DNA from: a bacterium
GTDB lineage: Bacteria; SAR324; NAC60-12
NCBI GenBank assembly: GCA_965205865.1
Contig: CBDBHR010000028.1
Coordinates: 277,600 to 341,599 of the forward strand
Direction of reading: 5' to 3'
DNA: 64,000 bases
Shown: positions 1-9,965 of the stretch, piece after piece
Layout: the number at the start of each line of letters is the position of its first letter
How positions within the stretch are numbered: the stretch's first letter is position 1
Notes under the pieces: model-generated
Database searches by the model: none
Seen by the model: only the letters and a program-made list of their open reading frames with translations
What the model was told of the DNA's origin: nothing
Position numbers and translations under genes: made by a program

Positions 1-185
1 AGAGCAGCTGTTACCTCTGAAGTGGTCTCATAGTATACCAATTGATGTACTTGGTATTTGCTGGTAAATCCTTCTATGAGATTGTTTTTATGTTCATAAA
101 CTCTTCTAAGAAGATCATTGGTCACTCCAATATATAAAGTGCCATTTCTTTTACTTGATAAGATATAAACGTTGTAGGTTTTCAT
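1..185 (-). CDS. GIY-YIG nuclease family protein (3' end outside window)
   Basis: The reverse complement of 1..185 translates to MKTYNVYILSSKRNGTLYIGVTNDLLRRVYEHKNNLIEGFTSKYQVHQLVYYETTSEVTAAL, the typical N-terminus of the small GIY-YIG (UPF0213) family. ATG is the reverse complement of 183-185. It is absent from the ORF track because it runs off the window edge. Confidence 0.6.
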   Translation of the reverse strand, partial: MKTYNVYILSSKRNGTLYIGVTNDLLRRVYEHKNNLIEGFTSKYQVHQLVYYETTSEVTAA

Positions 186-198
186 GATGGCGACTCCT

Positions 199-226
199 GG
201 ATTCCTGGTCTTCGCCAGGAATGACA
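199..226. repeat. Hairpin repeat GGATTCCTGG-N-CCAGGAATGAC (member of the GTCATTCC...GGAATCC family)
   Basis: Perfect 10-bp inverted repeat. Related hairpins are at 34326-34356, 34440-34470, 44363-44388, 37854-37893 and 41485-41500. Confidence 0.5.
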
Positions 227-500
227 CACTTGTGGTGAAGCGTATTCATGGAAACCGCTGAATGCAAAAAATATACACGTAACCTTCATGTAAATTATTT
301 TCACCCCGGAGGATGAAGAAAAATAACAAACCATATAGTTTCAGTAGGTTAGATAGTTTTTTACACGTTAACATGAGTAAATAAAGAACTGGCCTTCGAT
401 TGCTTCCAATCGAAAAATGCTATTTTGAAAAAACAGGCAAGAGGACTTTGAAAGTTTCCCCGGTTTTTTGGCGTGGACGTATTTGCATCGATCACGGGTA

Positions 501-1082
501 TCAGAGGTTCAAAGGGCAAAGTATCATCTCATCCACGGTCGTTTGTTGCAAAACCTGAAAGTAGATTTTGACGCAGGTCAACGAGGCAGCGGGGGAGGGT
601 TGCCAGGCTTCGAATCTCATATAGGCAAGTCCCTCTATAAACCGCTGGTAAGCGCCTTTCCCTGATTTTCTCAATAAAATTCCGCGTTTGGCATCATAGC
701 GATAAGAAATGCTTTCACGGGAATCCTGGAAATCCCCATCTTGATTGAAATCCGCTTTCAAAGCCAACATCTGCTCCTGGATGTCAATCCCTCTCTCATT
801 TTCCGAAGGGGGAATTCCGAATCCCGCCTGAATCAGTTCAGCCTTCAGTATCAGTTGAAATCGTTGCATATTCATGGCCAAGTCTGCAGCGACTTGCTGA
901 GTAAAGGCAAGTTTATGAAATTGGGTGACTGGTGTTTGAAACGTCCATGCTAAAATGGCGCACACTGCCAACACGATCAGAACTTCAAGCAGAGTGAATC
1001 CTGCAGCAGGGCTTTCAATAAAATGGATTTCTTTACTGATTACAGATTTTTTATTGCCGCAGCAGAGCGGATTTCCATTCAT
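501..1082 (-). CDS. Type II secretion / type IV pilus minor pseudopilin (GspJ-like)
   Basis: Prepilin N-terminal methylation motif AAG|FTLLEVLIVLAVCAIL followed by a hydrophobic helix. Length is 193 aa. It is the last of three consecutive pseudopilin genes. Confidence 0.55.
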   Translation of the reverse strand: MNGNPLCCGNKKSVISKEIHFIESPAAGFTLLEVLIVLAVCAILAWTFQTPVTQFHKLAFTQQVAADLAMNMQRFQLILKAELIQAGFGIPPSENERGIDIQEQMLALKADFNQDGDFQDSRESISYRYDAKRGILLRKSGKGAYQRFIEGLAYMRFEAWQPSPAASLTCVKIYFQVLQQTTVDEMILCPLNL

Positions 1083-1440
1083 AAAGGACCGTGTTGTCAG
1101 GAGGATGCTGAAGTTGAAAAACGATGCCTTTCCATACGGGATTCAATTCCTGAACTTGCCATTGCAAGGTATAGACGAGTCCCCGTGGCGTGACAATTTC
1201 TTTTTGATGCCACCCCGGACTCAATGTTGCAGACAAAAAATCACTCTGCTGCACCTCCGCTGTCCAAGCATCCAATTGATTGGCGATGCTGACGAACTCT
1301 TGTCGTTTTTGCATTTCCCGGGAGCCTTGATCAATGACTCGACTGCCAAGCAAAATGAATACGATCAAGATCGTACCTGCAATCATCACCTCCAACAGCG
1401 TGAATCCTTCATGGCTTGCTTTGAATTTCCGTATAGCGAA
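1051..1440 (-). CDS. Minor pseudopilin (GspI-like); start codon uncertain
   Basis: In-frame ...RKFKASHEG|FTLLEVMIAGTILIVFILL prepilin motif. The ORF track starts at TTG 1395, inside the mature region. The leader extends upstream to about 1440, but no ATG/GTG/TTG is available before an in-frame stop at 1447-1449. Confidence 0.45.
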   Translation of the reverse strand, partial: FAIRKFKASHEGFTLLEVMIAGTILIVFILLGSRVIDQGSREMQKRQEFVSIANQLDAWTAEVQQSDFLSATLSPGWHQKEIVTPRGLVYTLQWQVQELNPVWKGIVFQLQHPPDNTVLYEWKSALLRQ

Positions 1441-1939
1441 TACCTCCTATGGGGCCTACTTTAACTTGCAGGAAATAATGTTCGGATTCCACAACGATAG
1501 TTCCTCCCCTGGCAAATCCATAAGGGCTGAAAGATGGCCAACGGTTTGCCGTCAGTGTCAAATCCGCAGGCAGAGATTCCCATGACTCCTCCGAAAGTTG
1601 CAGCTTGTCGGGGCGGATAATCCACAACTCGCTTCCCGCGCCCTCTATGCCATGAGAGTGTCTCAGGGTCAATGCTAAAAACTGGGCGTGTTTTAAAGTC
1701 TGCATTACTTGGTTGGCACCCATCCTGAGATACCAGCGTTCCAATAACCCTTCCACCGATACAAAAACGGCAACGTACACAATCCCCAAGATGGCTATGC
1801 CAATCAACAACTCCAGCAGGGAAAAACCTTGTTTTGCTTCTTGACGTTGCTGATTTTTTGCGGCAGCAAGGTTGGCGACGGTTTCTTTTTTTCCATTTAA
1901 GAAACAACTCCGGCAGGATTGTTGAATTTTTAATTCCAT
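1409..1939 (-). CDS. Minor pseudopilin (GspH-like)
   Basis: KQG|FSLLELLIGIAILGIVYVAV prepilin motif. Length is 176 aa from the annotated ATG, which gives an unusually long leader. Its 3' end overlaps the next pseudopilin by about 30 nt. Confidence 0.5.
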   Translation of the reverse strand: MELKIQQSCRSCFLNGKKETVANLAAAKNQQRQEAKQGFSLLELLIGIAILGIVYVAVFVSVEGLLERWYLRMGANQVMQTLKHAQFLALTLRHSHGIEGAGSELWIIRPDKLQLSEESWESLPADLTLTANRWPSFSPYGFARGGTIVVESEHYFLQVKVGPIGGIRYTEIQSKP

Positions 1940-2109
1940 CCCATTGTCTTAAAAAGCTTGTGTGAATCGGCTTAATTTTGTATAAAATTGAAGTTTATCC
2001 AACTTTTTTCAATGGAATGAATTTTTAAAGAGATCTTGATTTTGGTTTTAAATATATTTTTTATGGGTATTTAACCAAAGTTTTCGTTCTCTTTCTTAAA
2101 GAGTGCAGC

Positions 2110-4020
2110 ATGATACAACAATTACGAGAACAGTCCCAAAGTATTTTCTTCAAAATCCTGCTTGGATTCATTGCAATCACCTTCGTGATTTCTTTTGGAG
2201 TCGGTTCATTTTTTGGCAGTCGTAAAGAAGTAATCGCCCTGGTCAATTCAAGAGAGTTGTTAATGCAGGAATACCAACGTTTTTATACCCAGCAATTTGA
2301 TAACCTCAGAGCCCGCTATGGAACGAATGCAGACCAACTGGCAGAACAATTAAATTTGAGACAGCAAGTCCTGCAGCAGCTGATCAATCGCTATTTACTG
2401 GCAGGAGAGGCCGAAAAACAAGGCATGTGGCTCACCGATTTTGAATTGCGGGATTTCATCAAAAGTCAACCATATTTTCAGATCGATGGTCATTTTGATT
2501 ACAATACATACGAGCAGATTTTGCGGCAAAACCGGATGTTGGTGGAAGAGTATGAAGAGGAATTGCGAGTGGATCTGCTTGCTGGGAAATACCAGAATAC
2601 GCTTTCATCAGGCATCGTAGTCAGCGATGCCGAAGTGGATCGCATTTATCATCATGAAAATGAAGAATTTACGGTTGAATTCCTCTATTTCAATCCCCAT
2701 CTTTTTACCGAACAAGTCGAAATTGAAGACGAAGAATTGCAGAAATACTTTCAGGAAAATCCCAGCGAATTTGAGCAACCCAAGCGCTTCAAAATTGAAT
2801 ATTTCCTCCTCACCCTTGATCAATTCAAAGAAACCGCCGTTGTCAAAGAACGGGAAATTGTCCGTTATTATGAAAGAAACAAAGAAGAATACACGACGCC
2901 TGTTGAAGTCAAAGCAAGGCACATCTTGATCAATGCCAACATGGAAACGTCAGCCGAAGAGAAAGCCGAAAAACGAAAACAAGCCGGAGAAATCTTGCAA
3001 CAACTTCAGCAAGGCGCTGATTTTGAGGAGCTGGCACTGCAGTATTCGGAGGACTTTTCCAAGGAGCAGGGCGGGGATTTGGGCTGGTTTCGGCCGGGAG
3101 AGATGGTAGCGGGTTTTGAGGAGGCCGCCTTTGATTTGGCACCGGGAGAGTTGAGCGCCGTCGTGGAAACGCCATTTGGCTTTCACATCATCCGTGTTGA
3201 CGAAAAGAAAGAGGAACAAATTCAGCCGCTGGAGGAAGTACGCGCCGAAATCGAAGATCTCTTGAAAGAATCGCGAGCTGAGAAAAAGCTGAATTTGGAA
3301 TTCAACAAACTGGAAAACAGAATGGCAGAAGAAAAGGACTTGGCCGCTATTGCTGAAAGTTTGGGAACTTCCTCTGCCCAAACCGATTTTTTTGACCGGG
3401 AAGACAGTCTTGAAAAACTGGGTTCGGTTGAAGCCTTGGCGGAGCAGTTGCAGTCTTTGCAGGCAGGAGATTTTGGACGCTGGCAACGCAATCCAATCCA
3501 GGGATACGTGTTTTATAAGTTGCTCGACGCGCAAGAACCTTCGACCAAACCGTTTGAGGAAGTCGAAGCGGAACTAACCCGGCTGGTCAAAGAGCAAAAA
3601 GCGGTTGACCTGGCGTCTGAAATTGCTCAAAACGAATCCGCAACCTTGACAGAAGGCAAATCCCTGGAAACCATTGCAGCGTCCTATGGTCTCTCCGTCG
3701 AAGAAACAACGTTGACTGCAGTGAGCGATATGATTGCAGGGGTGGGCTATGATCCGGAATTCAAAAAAAACGTGCTGGCGTTGAATGAGTCCGGGAAAGT
3801 GGGAGGCAGCCGGTTTCAGGAAAAGTTTTATCTCTTTGCCCTCAAAGATCGCCAATTACCGGAGGATGAAAACATCGATGTTGAAAAACAGGTGATTCGC
3901 CAAAGACTGATCGGACAAATGAGACAAGTTTTTGTCGACAAGGACATGCAGCGATTGCGGGATGCTGCCAGCATTGAAATTCTCAATCCTTTCTTCCGGT
4001 CCGATTTACCCGAGAGCTAG
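2110..4020 (+). CDS. ppiD: Periplasmic chaperone / peptidyl-prolyl isomerase PpiD
   Basis: N-terminal TM helix (FFKILLGFIAITFVISFGV), then a long SurA-like chaperone region. A PpiC/parvulin domain follows (VKARHILI...GDLGWFRPGEMVAGFEEAAFDLAPGELSAVVETPFGFHIIRV). 636 aa is typical of PpiD. Confidence 0.8.
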   Translation: MIQQLREQSQSIFFKILLGFIAITFVISFGVGSFFGSRKEVIALVNSRELLMQEYQRFYTQQFDNLRARYGTNADQLAEQLNLRQQVLQQLINRYLLAGEAEKQGMWLTDFELRDFIKSQPYFQIDGHFDYNTYEQILRQNRMLVEEYEEELRVDLLAGKYQNTLSSGIVVSDAEVDRIYHHENEEFTVEFLYFNPHLFTEQVEIEDEELQKYFQENPSEFEQPKRFKIEYFLLTLDQFKETAVVKEREIVRYYERNKEEYTTPVEVKARHILINANMETSAEEKAEKRKQAGEILQQLQQGADFEELALQYSEDFSKEQGGDLGWFRPGEMVAGFEEAAFDLAPGELSAVVETPFGFHIIRVDEKKEEQIQPLEEVRAEIEDLLKESRAEKKLNLEFNKLENRMAEEKDLAAIAESLGTSSAQTDFFDREDSLEKLGSVEALAEQLQSLQAGDFGRWQRNPIQGYVFYKLLDAQEPSTKPFEEVEAELTRLVKEQKAVDLASEIAQNESATLTEGKSLETIAASYGLSVEETTLTAVSDMIAGVGYDPEFKKNVLALNESGKVGGSRFQEKFYLFALKDRQLPEDENIDVEKQVIRQRLIGQMRQVFVDKDMQRLRDAASIEILNPFFRSDLPES

Positions 4021-4098
4021 CGTCGAACAATGTTGTATGACGATTGTCGCATTGCAAAAAAATGCCTTTTGAAAATCCACCCTGGCTCCCTTTTGCCA

Positions 4099-4614
4099 AT
4101 GAGGGGCATCCTCCTGCTCCTCATCCTGACAGGGATAGGGCTTATGAATTCATTCTCTGCCGGATTTGCCCAGCAAGCATGGAAAAAACCATATCCGGGG
4201 ACGTCGCCCCTCAAAATTTATGCTGAATTCGACAATTATCACGTCTCTCCGGGAACTGCCGTGACTTTGATCATTCGAGGTTTTTTGGAACCGGCATGGC
4301 ACATTTATTCGATTCACCGGAATTCTGAAGAGGGACCGCAACCAACCACCGTCACCTATCCCCGTTTGCAACATGAAATCATCGGTCCTTTGCAAGAAAC
4401 CCCCCCTGAAATCCTGGATGATCAAGTATTGAATTTACAGTTGCCGGTTCACAAGGAGGAGTTTGTCTTTCAACAGCAATTCAAGATCTCAGCTCAGGCC
4501 GAAGCAGGATCCTTTGTTTTTGAGGGAGTTCTCCATTTTCAGATGTGTGACAACTATATTTGCGCACCCCGCCAACATCGATTGTTCTCGACTCCGTTGA
4601 CTATTGAGAAATAA
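4099..4614 (+). CDS. Secreted DsbD-N-terminal-like (DsbC/ScsB-type) domain protein
   Basis: Signal peptide MRGILLLLILTGIGLMNSFSA. C-terminal FQMCDNYICAP resembles the Q-G-C-x-D-x-x-C-x-P-P disulfide motif of the DsbD alpha domain. The internal start was chosen for the signal peptide. Confidence 0.4.
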   Translation: MRGILLLLILTGIGLMNSFSAGFAQQAWKKPYPGTSPLKIYAEFDNYHVSPGTAVTLIIRGFLEPAWHIYSIHRNSEEGPQPTTVTYPRLQHEIIGPLQETPPEILDDQVLNLQLPVHKEEFVFQQQFKISAQAEAGSFVFEGVLHFQMCDNYICAPRQHRLFSTPLTIEK

Positions 4615-4660
4615 TTGCCGCATGTGGGGACTCCTTTGAAGTTTTACAGGATATAAAGCA

Positions 4661-4873
4661 ATGGAAAGAACAGAAAAATCCCGCAAGCCAACACCTCACG
4701 ACGCGATTCTACTCAGTCAGGCCATTGTGGAAAAACGGCCCATAAGCATTACTTTCCTGGACGGTGACGTGATGATCGAACAGGTCCGCTGGCATACTGT
4801 GGAATGTATAGGATTGAGGGATGGCAAAATTGTTAACAAGCAGGCCATCAAATTTTGGGAATTGATGGCATAA
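4661..4873 (+). CDS. Small hypothetical protein (70 aa), possibly Sm/Hfq-like fold
   Basis: Intact ORF directly upstream of the ABC operon. The spacing weakly resembles an Hfq-like beta pattern. No confident family assignment. Confidence 0.25.
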   Translation: MERTEKSRKPTPHDAILLSQAIVEKRPISITFLDGDVMIEQVRWHTVECIGLRDGKIVNKQAIKFWELMA

Positions 4874-4891
4874 TTTGGAAAGAGCAGTGCC

Positions 4892-5914
4892 GTGACCAGT
4901 TATTTTATCCGCCGGCTCCTTTTGGTGGGACCTACTTTCATCGGAATCACCCTGGTTGTTTTTACAATCACCCGCTTTGTTCCGGGAGGACCTATTGAAA
5001 GGATCATTGCCCAAGCCCAGCAAATGAATGCGGGAGAAAGATCCACATCACAATCGCTGGAGAATGACGCGCCCCTCTCTCCCGAACAGATTGAAATGCT
5101 CAAAAAGTTTTACGGGTTTGATAAACCGGTTTTTATCAGTTATATCGAATGGTTGGGCAAGGTCGTCACCTTCGATTTGGGCAACTCCACGCGCTACTAC
5201 GATCCCGTCTGGGAAATCATCAAAGAGAAGTTGCCGATTTCTATTTATTACGGAGTTGTCACTACGGTCTTGACCTACCTGGTATGTATCCCGCTTGGCG
5301 TACTGAAAGCCATCAAACATAAAACTTTGATAGACAGCACTTCATCTATTTTCATTCTGACCGGATATGCTCTGCCCGGCTTCATAGTGGCCATTGTCCT
5401 TTTTGTCTGGCCGGCAGCTCAATGGGATTGGTTCCCCTTAGGCGATTTCGTCAGTGAGGATTTCGACGACTTATCCCTTCCTGGAAAAGCGTGGGATGTG
5501 GTTTTTCATTCCGTTTTGCCTTTGATTGCCTATATGTTGGGAGGCTTTGCCACCATGACGTTTTTAATGAAAAACACTTTGATGGATCACCTTGCTTCCG
5601 ATTACGTCAGAACGGCCATTGCCAAGGGACTCTCTTTCAGAGGCGCGGTGTTCAAACATGCATTGCGTAATAGTCTCATCCCTTTGGCGACTCATTTTGG
5701 TAACAACATCACTTTATTCCTGGCCGGTTCTTTCCTGATTGAAAAAGTGTTCAATATCGATGGTCTGGGGCTGCTTGGATTTGAATCGTTGGTGGAACGG
5801 GATTATCCCATCGTGCTGGGAGTCCTGGTTATTTCATCCGTTTTGGGGCTGCTGGGTAATATTTTGTCCGATGTATGCGTGGCCTTGGTCGACCCCCGTG
5901 TCACATTTGATTGA
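4892..5914 (+). CDS. ABC transporter permease (OppB/DppB/YejB type)
   Basis: GTG start. Six-TM BPD_transp_1 architecture with an N-terminal TM helix and a large periplasmic loop. The conserved EAA-like region is ...ASDYVRTAIAKGLSFRGAVFKHALRNSLIPL. Confidence 0.8.
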   Translation: MTSYFIRRLLLVGPTFIGITLVVFTITRFVPGGPIERIIAQAQQMNAGERSTSQSLENDAPLSPEQIEMLKKFYGFDKPVFISYIEWLGKVVTFDLGNSTRYYDPVWEIIKEKLPISIYYGVVTTVLTYLVCIPLGVLKAIKHKTLIDSTSSIFILTGYALPGFIVAIVLFVWPAAQWDWFPLGDFVSEDFDDLSLPGKAWDVVFHSVLPLIAYMLGGFATMTFLMKNTLMDHLASDYVRTAIAKGLSFRGAVFKHALRNSLIPLATHFGNNITLFLAGSFLIEKVFNIDGLGLLGFESLVERDYPIVLGVLVISSVLGLLGNILSDVCVALVDPRVTFD

Positions 5915-5915
5915 T

Positions 5916-5955
5916 CCCCCTCACCCTGACCCTCTCCCTCCAGGGGAGAGGGAAC
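5916..5955. repeat. Intercistronic palindromic element CCCCTCACCCTGACCCTCTCCCTCCAGGGGAGAGGGAACA (copy 1)
   Basis: Perfect hairpin CCTCTCCC-tcca-GGGAGAGG. It ends 2 nt before the next start codon, and its 3' arm supplies a GAGGG Shine-Dalgarno sequence. A near-identical copy is at 9966-10006. Confidence 0.7.
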
Positions 5956-5956
5956 A

Positions 5957-7012
5957 ATGAAAGAAATGATGCGTATCAATCCGCTTACATTGAAAAAAAT
6001 AAAACGATTTCGTTCGATCAAGCGAGGTTTTTTCTCATTGATTCTATTCGGATTCATGTTGCTGCTGGCAATCTTTGCCGAATTGTGGATCAACAACAGG
6101 GCCTTGCTGGTATATTATGAAGAATCATTTTATTTCCCAATATACGGTTCGATTATTCCTGGAAAAGTCTTTGGATTGGAGTATGCCTACGAAACCAATT
6201 ACAAACAATTGCAGAAAAAATTTCAGCAAGAAGGAGGAGCGAATTTCGTGATCATGCCGCTCGTGCCTTACAATGCCTATGAAATCGATTTGCCGGAGAC
6301 TGAATTTCCTCCTTTTCCTCCTTCCCTGAAATCCGGACATTATCTGGGGACGGACGCCATCGGTCGGGACATGGTTGCGCGATTGGTCTATGGATTTCGC
6401 GTCTGTATCGCTTATGCTCTCTCTCTGCTTTTCATGACTTTTGTCATTGGAATCGCCTTGGGATGTTTGATGGGCTACTGGGGAGGCAAGTTCGATTTGT
6501 TCTTTCAACGCTTGATCGAAGTCTGGTCCGCCATTCCTTTTCTTTACATCATCATGATAATCGCTTCCATTGTGGAGCCCAACCTGTTAATGTTGGTGGT
6601 CATTTCCGTTATCTTTGGTTGGATGGGATTGACCTGGTACATGCGCACCGCAACATATAAAGAAAAAGCCAGGGACTATGTGATGGCCGCCAGAGCGCTG
6701 GGGGCTTCCAATGCAAGAATAATCTTTCATCATATACTTCCCAACGCGATTTCCTTGATCGTGACTTTTGTTCCCTTTTCGGTGGCAGCCGGCATTTCAG
6801 GTCTGACGGCGCTGGACTATCTGGGATTCGGCCTGCAACCACCGACTCCGAGTTGGGGGGAATTGCTCCAGCAGGGGACGACGAATCTGCAGGCGCTTTG
6901 GATCATCAGTTCCATTGTGACCGCCCTGGTGATGGTATTGGTGAGTATCACCTTCATCGGCGAAGCGGTACGGGAAGGATTTGACCCGAAAATGCACACA
7001 ACCTTTGAATAA
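5957..7012 (+). CDS. ABC transporter permease (OppC/DppC/YejE type) with N-terminal extension
   Basis: Region ...GTDAIGRDMVARLVYGFRVCIAYALSLLF... plus C-terminal TM helices typical of the second peptide permease subunit. Confidence 0.8.
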   Translation: MKEMMRINPLTLKKIKRFRSIKRGFFSLILFGFMLLLAIFAELWINNRALLVYYEESFYFPIYGSIIPGKVFGLEYAYETNYKQLQKKFQQEGGANFVIMPLVPYNAYEIDLPETEFPPFPPSLKSGHYLGTDAIGRDMVARLVYGFRVCIAYALSLLFMTFVIGIALGCLMGYWGGKFDLFFQRLIEVWSAIPFLYIIMIIASIVEPNLLMLVVISVIFGWMGLTWYMRTATYKEKARDYVMAARALGASNARIIFHHILPNAISLIVTFVPFSVAAGISGLTALDYLGFGLQPPTPSWGELLQQGTTNLQALWIISSIVTALVMVLVSITFIGEAVREGFDPKMHTTFE

Positions 7013-7037
7013 CAAAACCTTGATAATGGAGAAAATC

Positions 7038-8939
7038 ATGACCTTAAAATTATTTGTAAAATTTCTGGTGGGAAGCCTGTTGCTGCTCACTTTGTCAGGG
7101 AACTCGACGGCTGAAACGTCGTCGGACAATCTCACAGACACTCGTCTGGCTGACGCACTGGCTCAGTGTGAAATCCAGGCGATTGAAACACCTTCAGAAG
7201 ATCTCGAGTCTGAGAACCTCGAACTGCCGGACAATCTCGAATGGCTGACCAATGACACGACCGCCGTCTTTGCCGATCCCAATGCAAAAAAAGGGGGAAC
7301 CTACCGCAGGTTCATGCTGGCTTTTCCCTTGACACTACGTCAGGTGGGACCCGATTCCAACAGCAGTTTTCGTAGTAATCTCGATGGCAACACAATGTCT
7401 CTGATAAATCTGCATCCCAACACGGAGGAACTGCTTCCTGAATTGGCAACGCATTGGGCCTATGGCGAGGACAAGAAAACCATGTACTTCAAACTGGATC
7501 CCAATGCTCGTTGGTCAGACGGGCATCCCGTCACGGCCGATGATTATCTCTTTATCCTCGAATTCATGCGTTCCGAACACATAATCGCCCCTTGGTATAA
7601 CAATTATTTTACCGAGAAAATAGACAAGGTGGTCAAATACGATGATCATACGATTTCTATCTCGGCCAATAAAGTTGATCCCGATTTGTTTCTGATACTC
7701 AATCTTGCCCCTGTTCCGAAACATTTCTATGAAACACTGACGCCGGACTTCGTGCAAAAATACAATTGGGAGGTCGTTCCCAACGCCGGTCCTTACCAGA
7801 TCGATGATGTCAAGAAAGGGAAAAGCGTGACCTTCAAACGTAAAAAGGACTGGTGGGCCAAGGATTACAAATACTTCAAGGGACGTTTCAACGTCAATAA
7901 GGTCGTGATTTCTGTGATACGGGACTACAACACGGTTTTCGAATATTTCAAGAAACAGCGGCTCGATGATTTTGCTCTCACCTTGCCCACCTACTGGCAC
8001 GAGAAGGCCAAAGATATGGACATTTATGACAAGGGATATATCGAAAAGCGCTGGTTCTATACGGACAGTCGTATTTCACCAGGGGGATTCTGGTTGAATG
8101 AGGACAAGGAAATTTTCAAAGATCCCAACGTCCGCCATTCCTTTGCCCATGCCATGAACATGGACAAACTGCTCAATGGTTTGCTGCGAGGAGATTATAG
8201 CCGGCTGCAAAGATTCAATACCGGTTTTGGAGAATATACTAATCTAAGTATCCGAGCCCGTACCTTCGATATCGCAAAGGTCGAGGAGTTGATGACCGCA
8301 TCCGGTTGGCAACGGGGTGAGGACGGGATCTGGACCAAAGGGGAGATGCGCTATTCCGTTAAAGTAACCTATCACTTCGATCCCCATACCCCACGCCTGG
8401 TGCTCTTGAAGGAAGAAGCGAAAAAAGCAGGAATCGAAATGAACCTGCAAAAATTGGATAGTAGCGCTGCCTTCAAATTGATTCTGGAAAAAAAGCATGA
8501 AGTGGCCTGGATGGGTTGGAGCACGCCTTTTCGTCCCCGCTATTGGCAGGGCTTCCATTCCGATAACGCGCATAAAGCGCAAACCAACAACATCACCAAC
8601 ACCGATGATACTGAATTGGACGAGTTGATCATGAATTATCGTGACTGCATCGTACCGGATGGGCGCGTCAAACTGGCCCACATCATTCAAGAAAAGATCT
8701 ACCAAATAGGCTCCTTTGTACCCAGTTACAAAGTAGGGTATTTCAGAACGGGTCATTGGCGCTGGTGGCGATTCCCCGAGGTGGTAGCCACCAAGAATTC
8801 GGATGCTTTATTTGAGCCATTTGGAACCGGGTTATTTTGGCTGGATGCCGATGTCAAGGAAGAAACCGAGCAAGCCATGAAGAGTGAAAAGACTTTTGAA
8901 CCCCAAACCCTCATCGATACGACCTTCAAGGTGGATTGA
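7038..8939 (+). CDS. ABC transporter substrate-binding protein, family 5 (OppA/YejA-like)
   Basis: Signal peptide MTLKLFVKFLVGSLLLLTLSGNSTA with GGAG 9 nt upstream. Contains the SBP_bac_5 signature region (...HPNTEELLPELATHWAYGEDKKTMYFKLDPNARWSDGHPVTADDY...). The ORF track begins at 6981, but the signal peptide favours 7026 or 7038. Confidence 0.8.
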   Translation: MTLKLFVKFLVGSLLLLTLSGNSTAETSSDNLTDTRLADALAQCEIQAIETPSEDLESENLELPDNLEWLTNDTTAVFADPNAKKGGTYRRFMLAFPLTLRQVGPDSNSSFRSNLDGNTMSLINLHPNTEELLPELATHWAYGEDKKTMYFKLDPNARWSDGHPVTADDYLFILEFMRSEHIIAPWYNNYFTEKIDKVVKYDDHTISISANKVDPDLFLILNLAPVPKHFYETLTPDFVQKYNWEVVPNAGPYQIDDVKKGKSVTFKRKKDWWAKDYKYFKGRFNVNKVVISVIRDYNTVFEYFKKQRLDDFALTLPTYWHEKAKDMDIYDKGYIEKRWFYTDSRISPGGFWLNEDKEIFKDPNVRHSFAHAMNMDKLLNGLLRGDYSRLQRFNTGFGEYTNLSIRARTFDIAKVEELMTASGWQRGEDGIWTKGEMRYSVKVTYHFDPHTPRLVLLKEEAKKAGIEMNLQKLDSSAAFKLILEKKHEVAWMGWSTPFRPRYWQGFHSDNAHKAQTNNITNTDDTELDELIMNYRDCIVPDGRVKLAHIIQEKIYQIGSFVPSYKVGYFRTGHWRWWRFPEVVATKNSDALFEPFGTGLFWLDADVKEETEQAMKSEKTFEPQTLIDTTFKVD

Positions 8940-8954
8940 AAACGAGGGACGATT

Positions 8955-9965
8955 TTGAGTAGTGACGTGCTTTTGGAAGTCAAAAACCTGGTGACTGCTT
9001 TTGAAACCGAAGCCGGAGCGATCCATGCAGTGGAAAACGTCAGTTTTCAACTCGAAAGAAGCCAGACCTTGGGGATTGTCGGGGAATCCGGGTGTGGAAA
9101 AAGCGTGACTTCGCTCTCAATAATGCGTTTGCTGCCCAAACCTTTTGGCTACGTGGTTTCCGGCGAGGTTCTTCTGGAGGGACGGGATCTGCTCAAACTC
9201 ACTGCGGAAGAAATGCGTCATGTCCGCGGAAACCGCATTTCGATGATATTTCAAGAACCAATGACGGCGCTCAATCCACTGCATCGCGTTGGCAATCAAA
9301 TTGGCGAAGCATTGAAGCTCCATCAACCCGACATGGAGAAAAAGGATGTATTTTCTGAATCCGTTGAACTTCTGAAGAAAGTCGGAATCCCCGCTCCCGA
9401 ACAACGAATCCGGGAATACCCCCATCAACTTTCCGGAGGCATGCGCCAGCGGGTGATGATTGCCATCGCGCTTGCCTGCAGACCTGATATTCTCATTGCC
9501 GATGAGCCGACTACCGCTTTGGATGTCACCATTCAAGCACAGATTCTGGAGCTGATGTTGACGTTGCAACAAGAAACGGGAATGGCGATTATCCTCATCA
9601 CTCATGACTTGGGGGTGATTGCAGAGACTTGTGATGAGGTCGTCGTCATGTATGCAGGCAAAGTTGCCGAAAAAGCTTCTGTCTACGATCTCTTCCAGTT
9701 TCCCAAACATCCTTATACTCGAGGTTTGCTGGCTTCCATTCCCAGTTTGTCTTCCGTACCCAAAAAAGAACTGCAGACGATTGAAGGGACGGTTCCCGAA
9801 TTGACCGCATTTCCGGCAGGCTGTCGCTTCCAAAACCGCTGTTTTTACCAAAGAATACGATGTTCAGCGGTTGTTCCCCCTTTAGAGGCGGTCAATGCAA
9901 AACACTGGGTCAGTTGTTTCCGTTGGCAGGAGGTCGAGAAGGAGATCTCTGCAGATTCTCATTAA
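8955..9965 (+). CDS. ABC transporter ATP-binding protein (OppD/DppD-like)
   Basis: Walker [12 protein letters not shown] signature LSGGMRQR, Walker [14 protein letters not shown]-terminal oligopeptide-transporter extension present. Confidence 0.85.
   Translation: MSSDVLLEVKNLVTAFETEAGAIHAVENVSFQLERSQTLGIVGESGCGKSVTSLSIMRLLPKPFGYVVSGEVLLEGRDLLKLTAEEMRHVRGNRISMIFQEPMTALNPLHRVGNQIGEALKLHQPDMEKKDVFSESVELLKKVGIPAPEQRIREYPHQLSGGMRQRVMIAIALACRPDILIADEPTTALDVTIQAQILELMLTLQQETGMAIILITHDLGVIAETCDEVVVMYAGKVAEKASVYDLFQFPKHPYTRGLLASIPSLSSVPKKELQTIEGTVPELTAFPAGCRFQNRCFYQRIRCSAVVPPLEAVNAKHWVSCFRWQEVEKEISADSH

Noticed and set aside
2608-3855. Several ORFs (81-194 aa) on both strands inside ppiD
   Set aside because: They overlap a strongly supported 636-aa PpiD CDS and are low-complexity.
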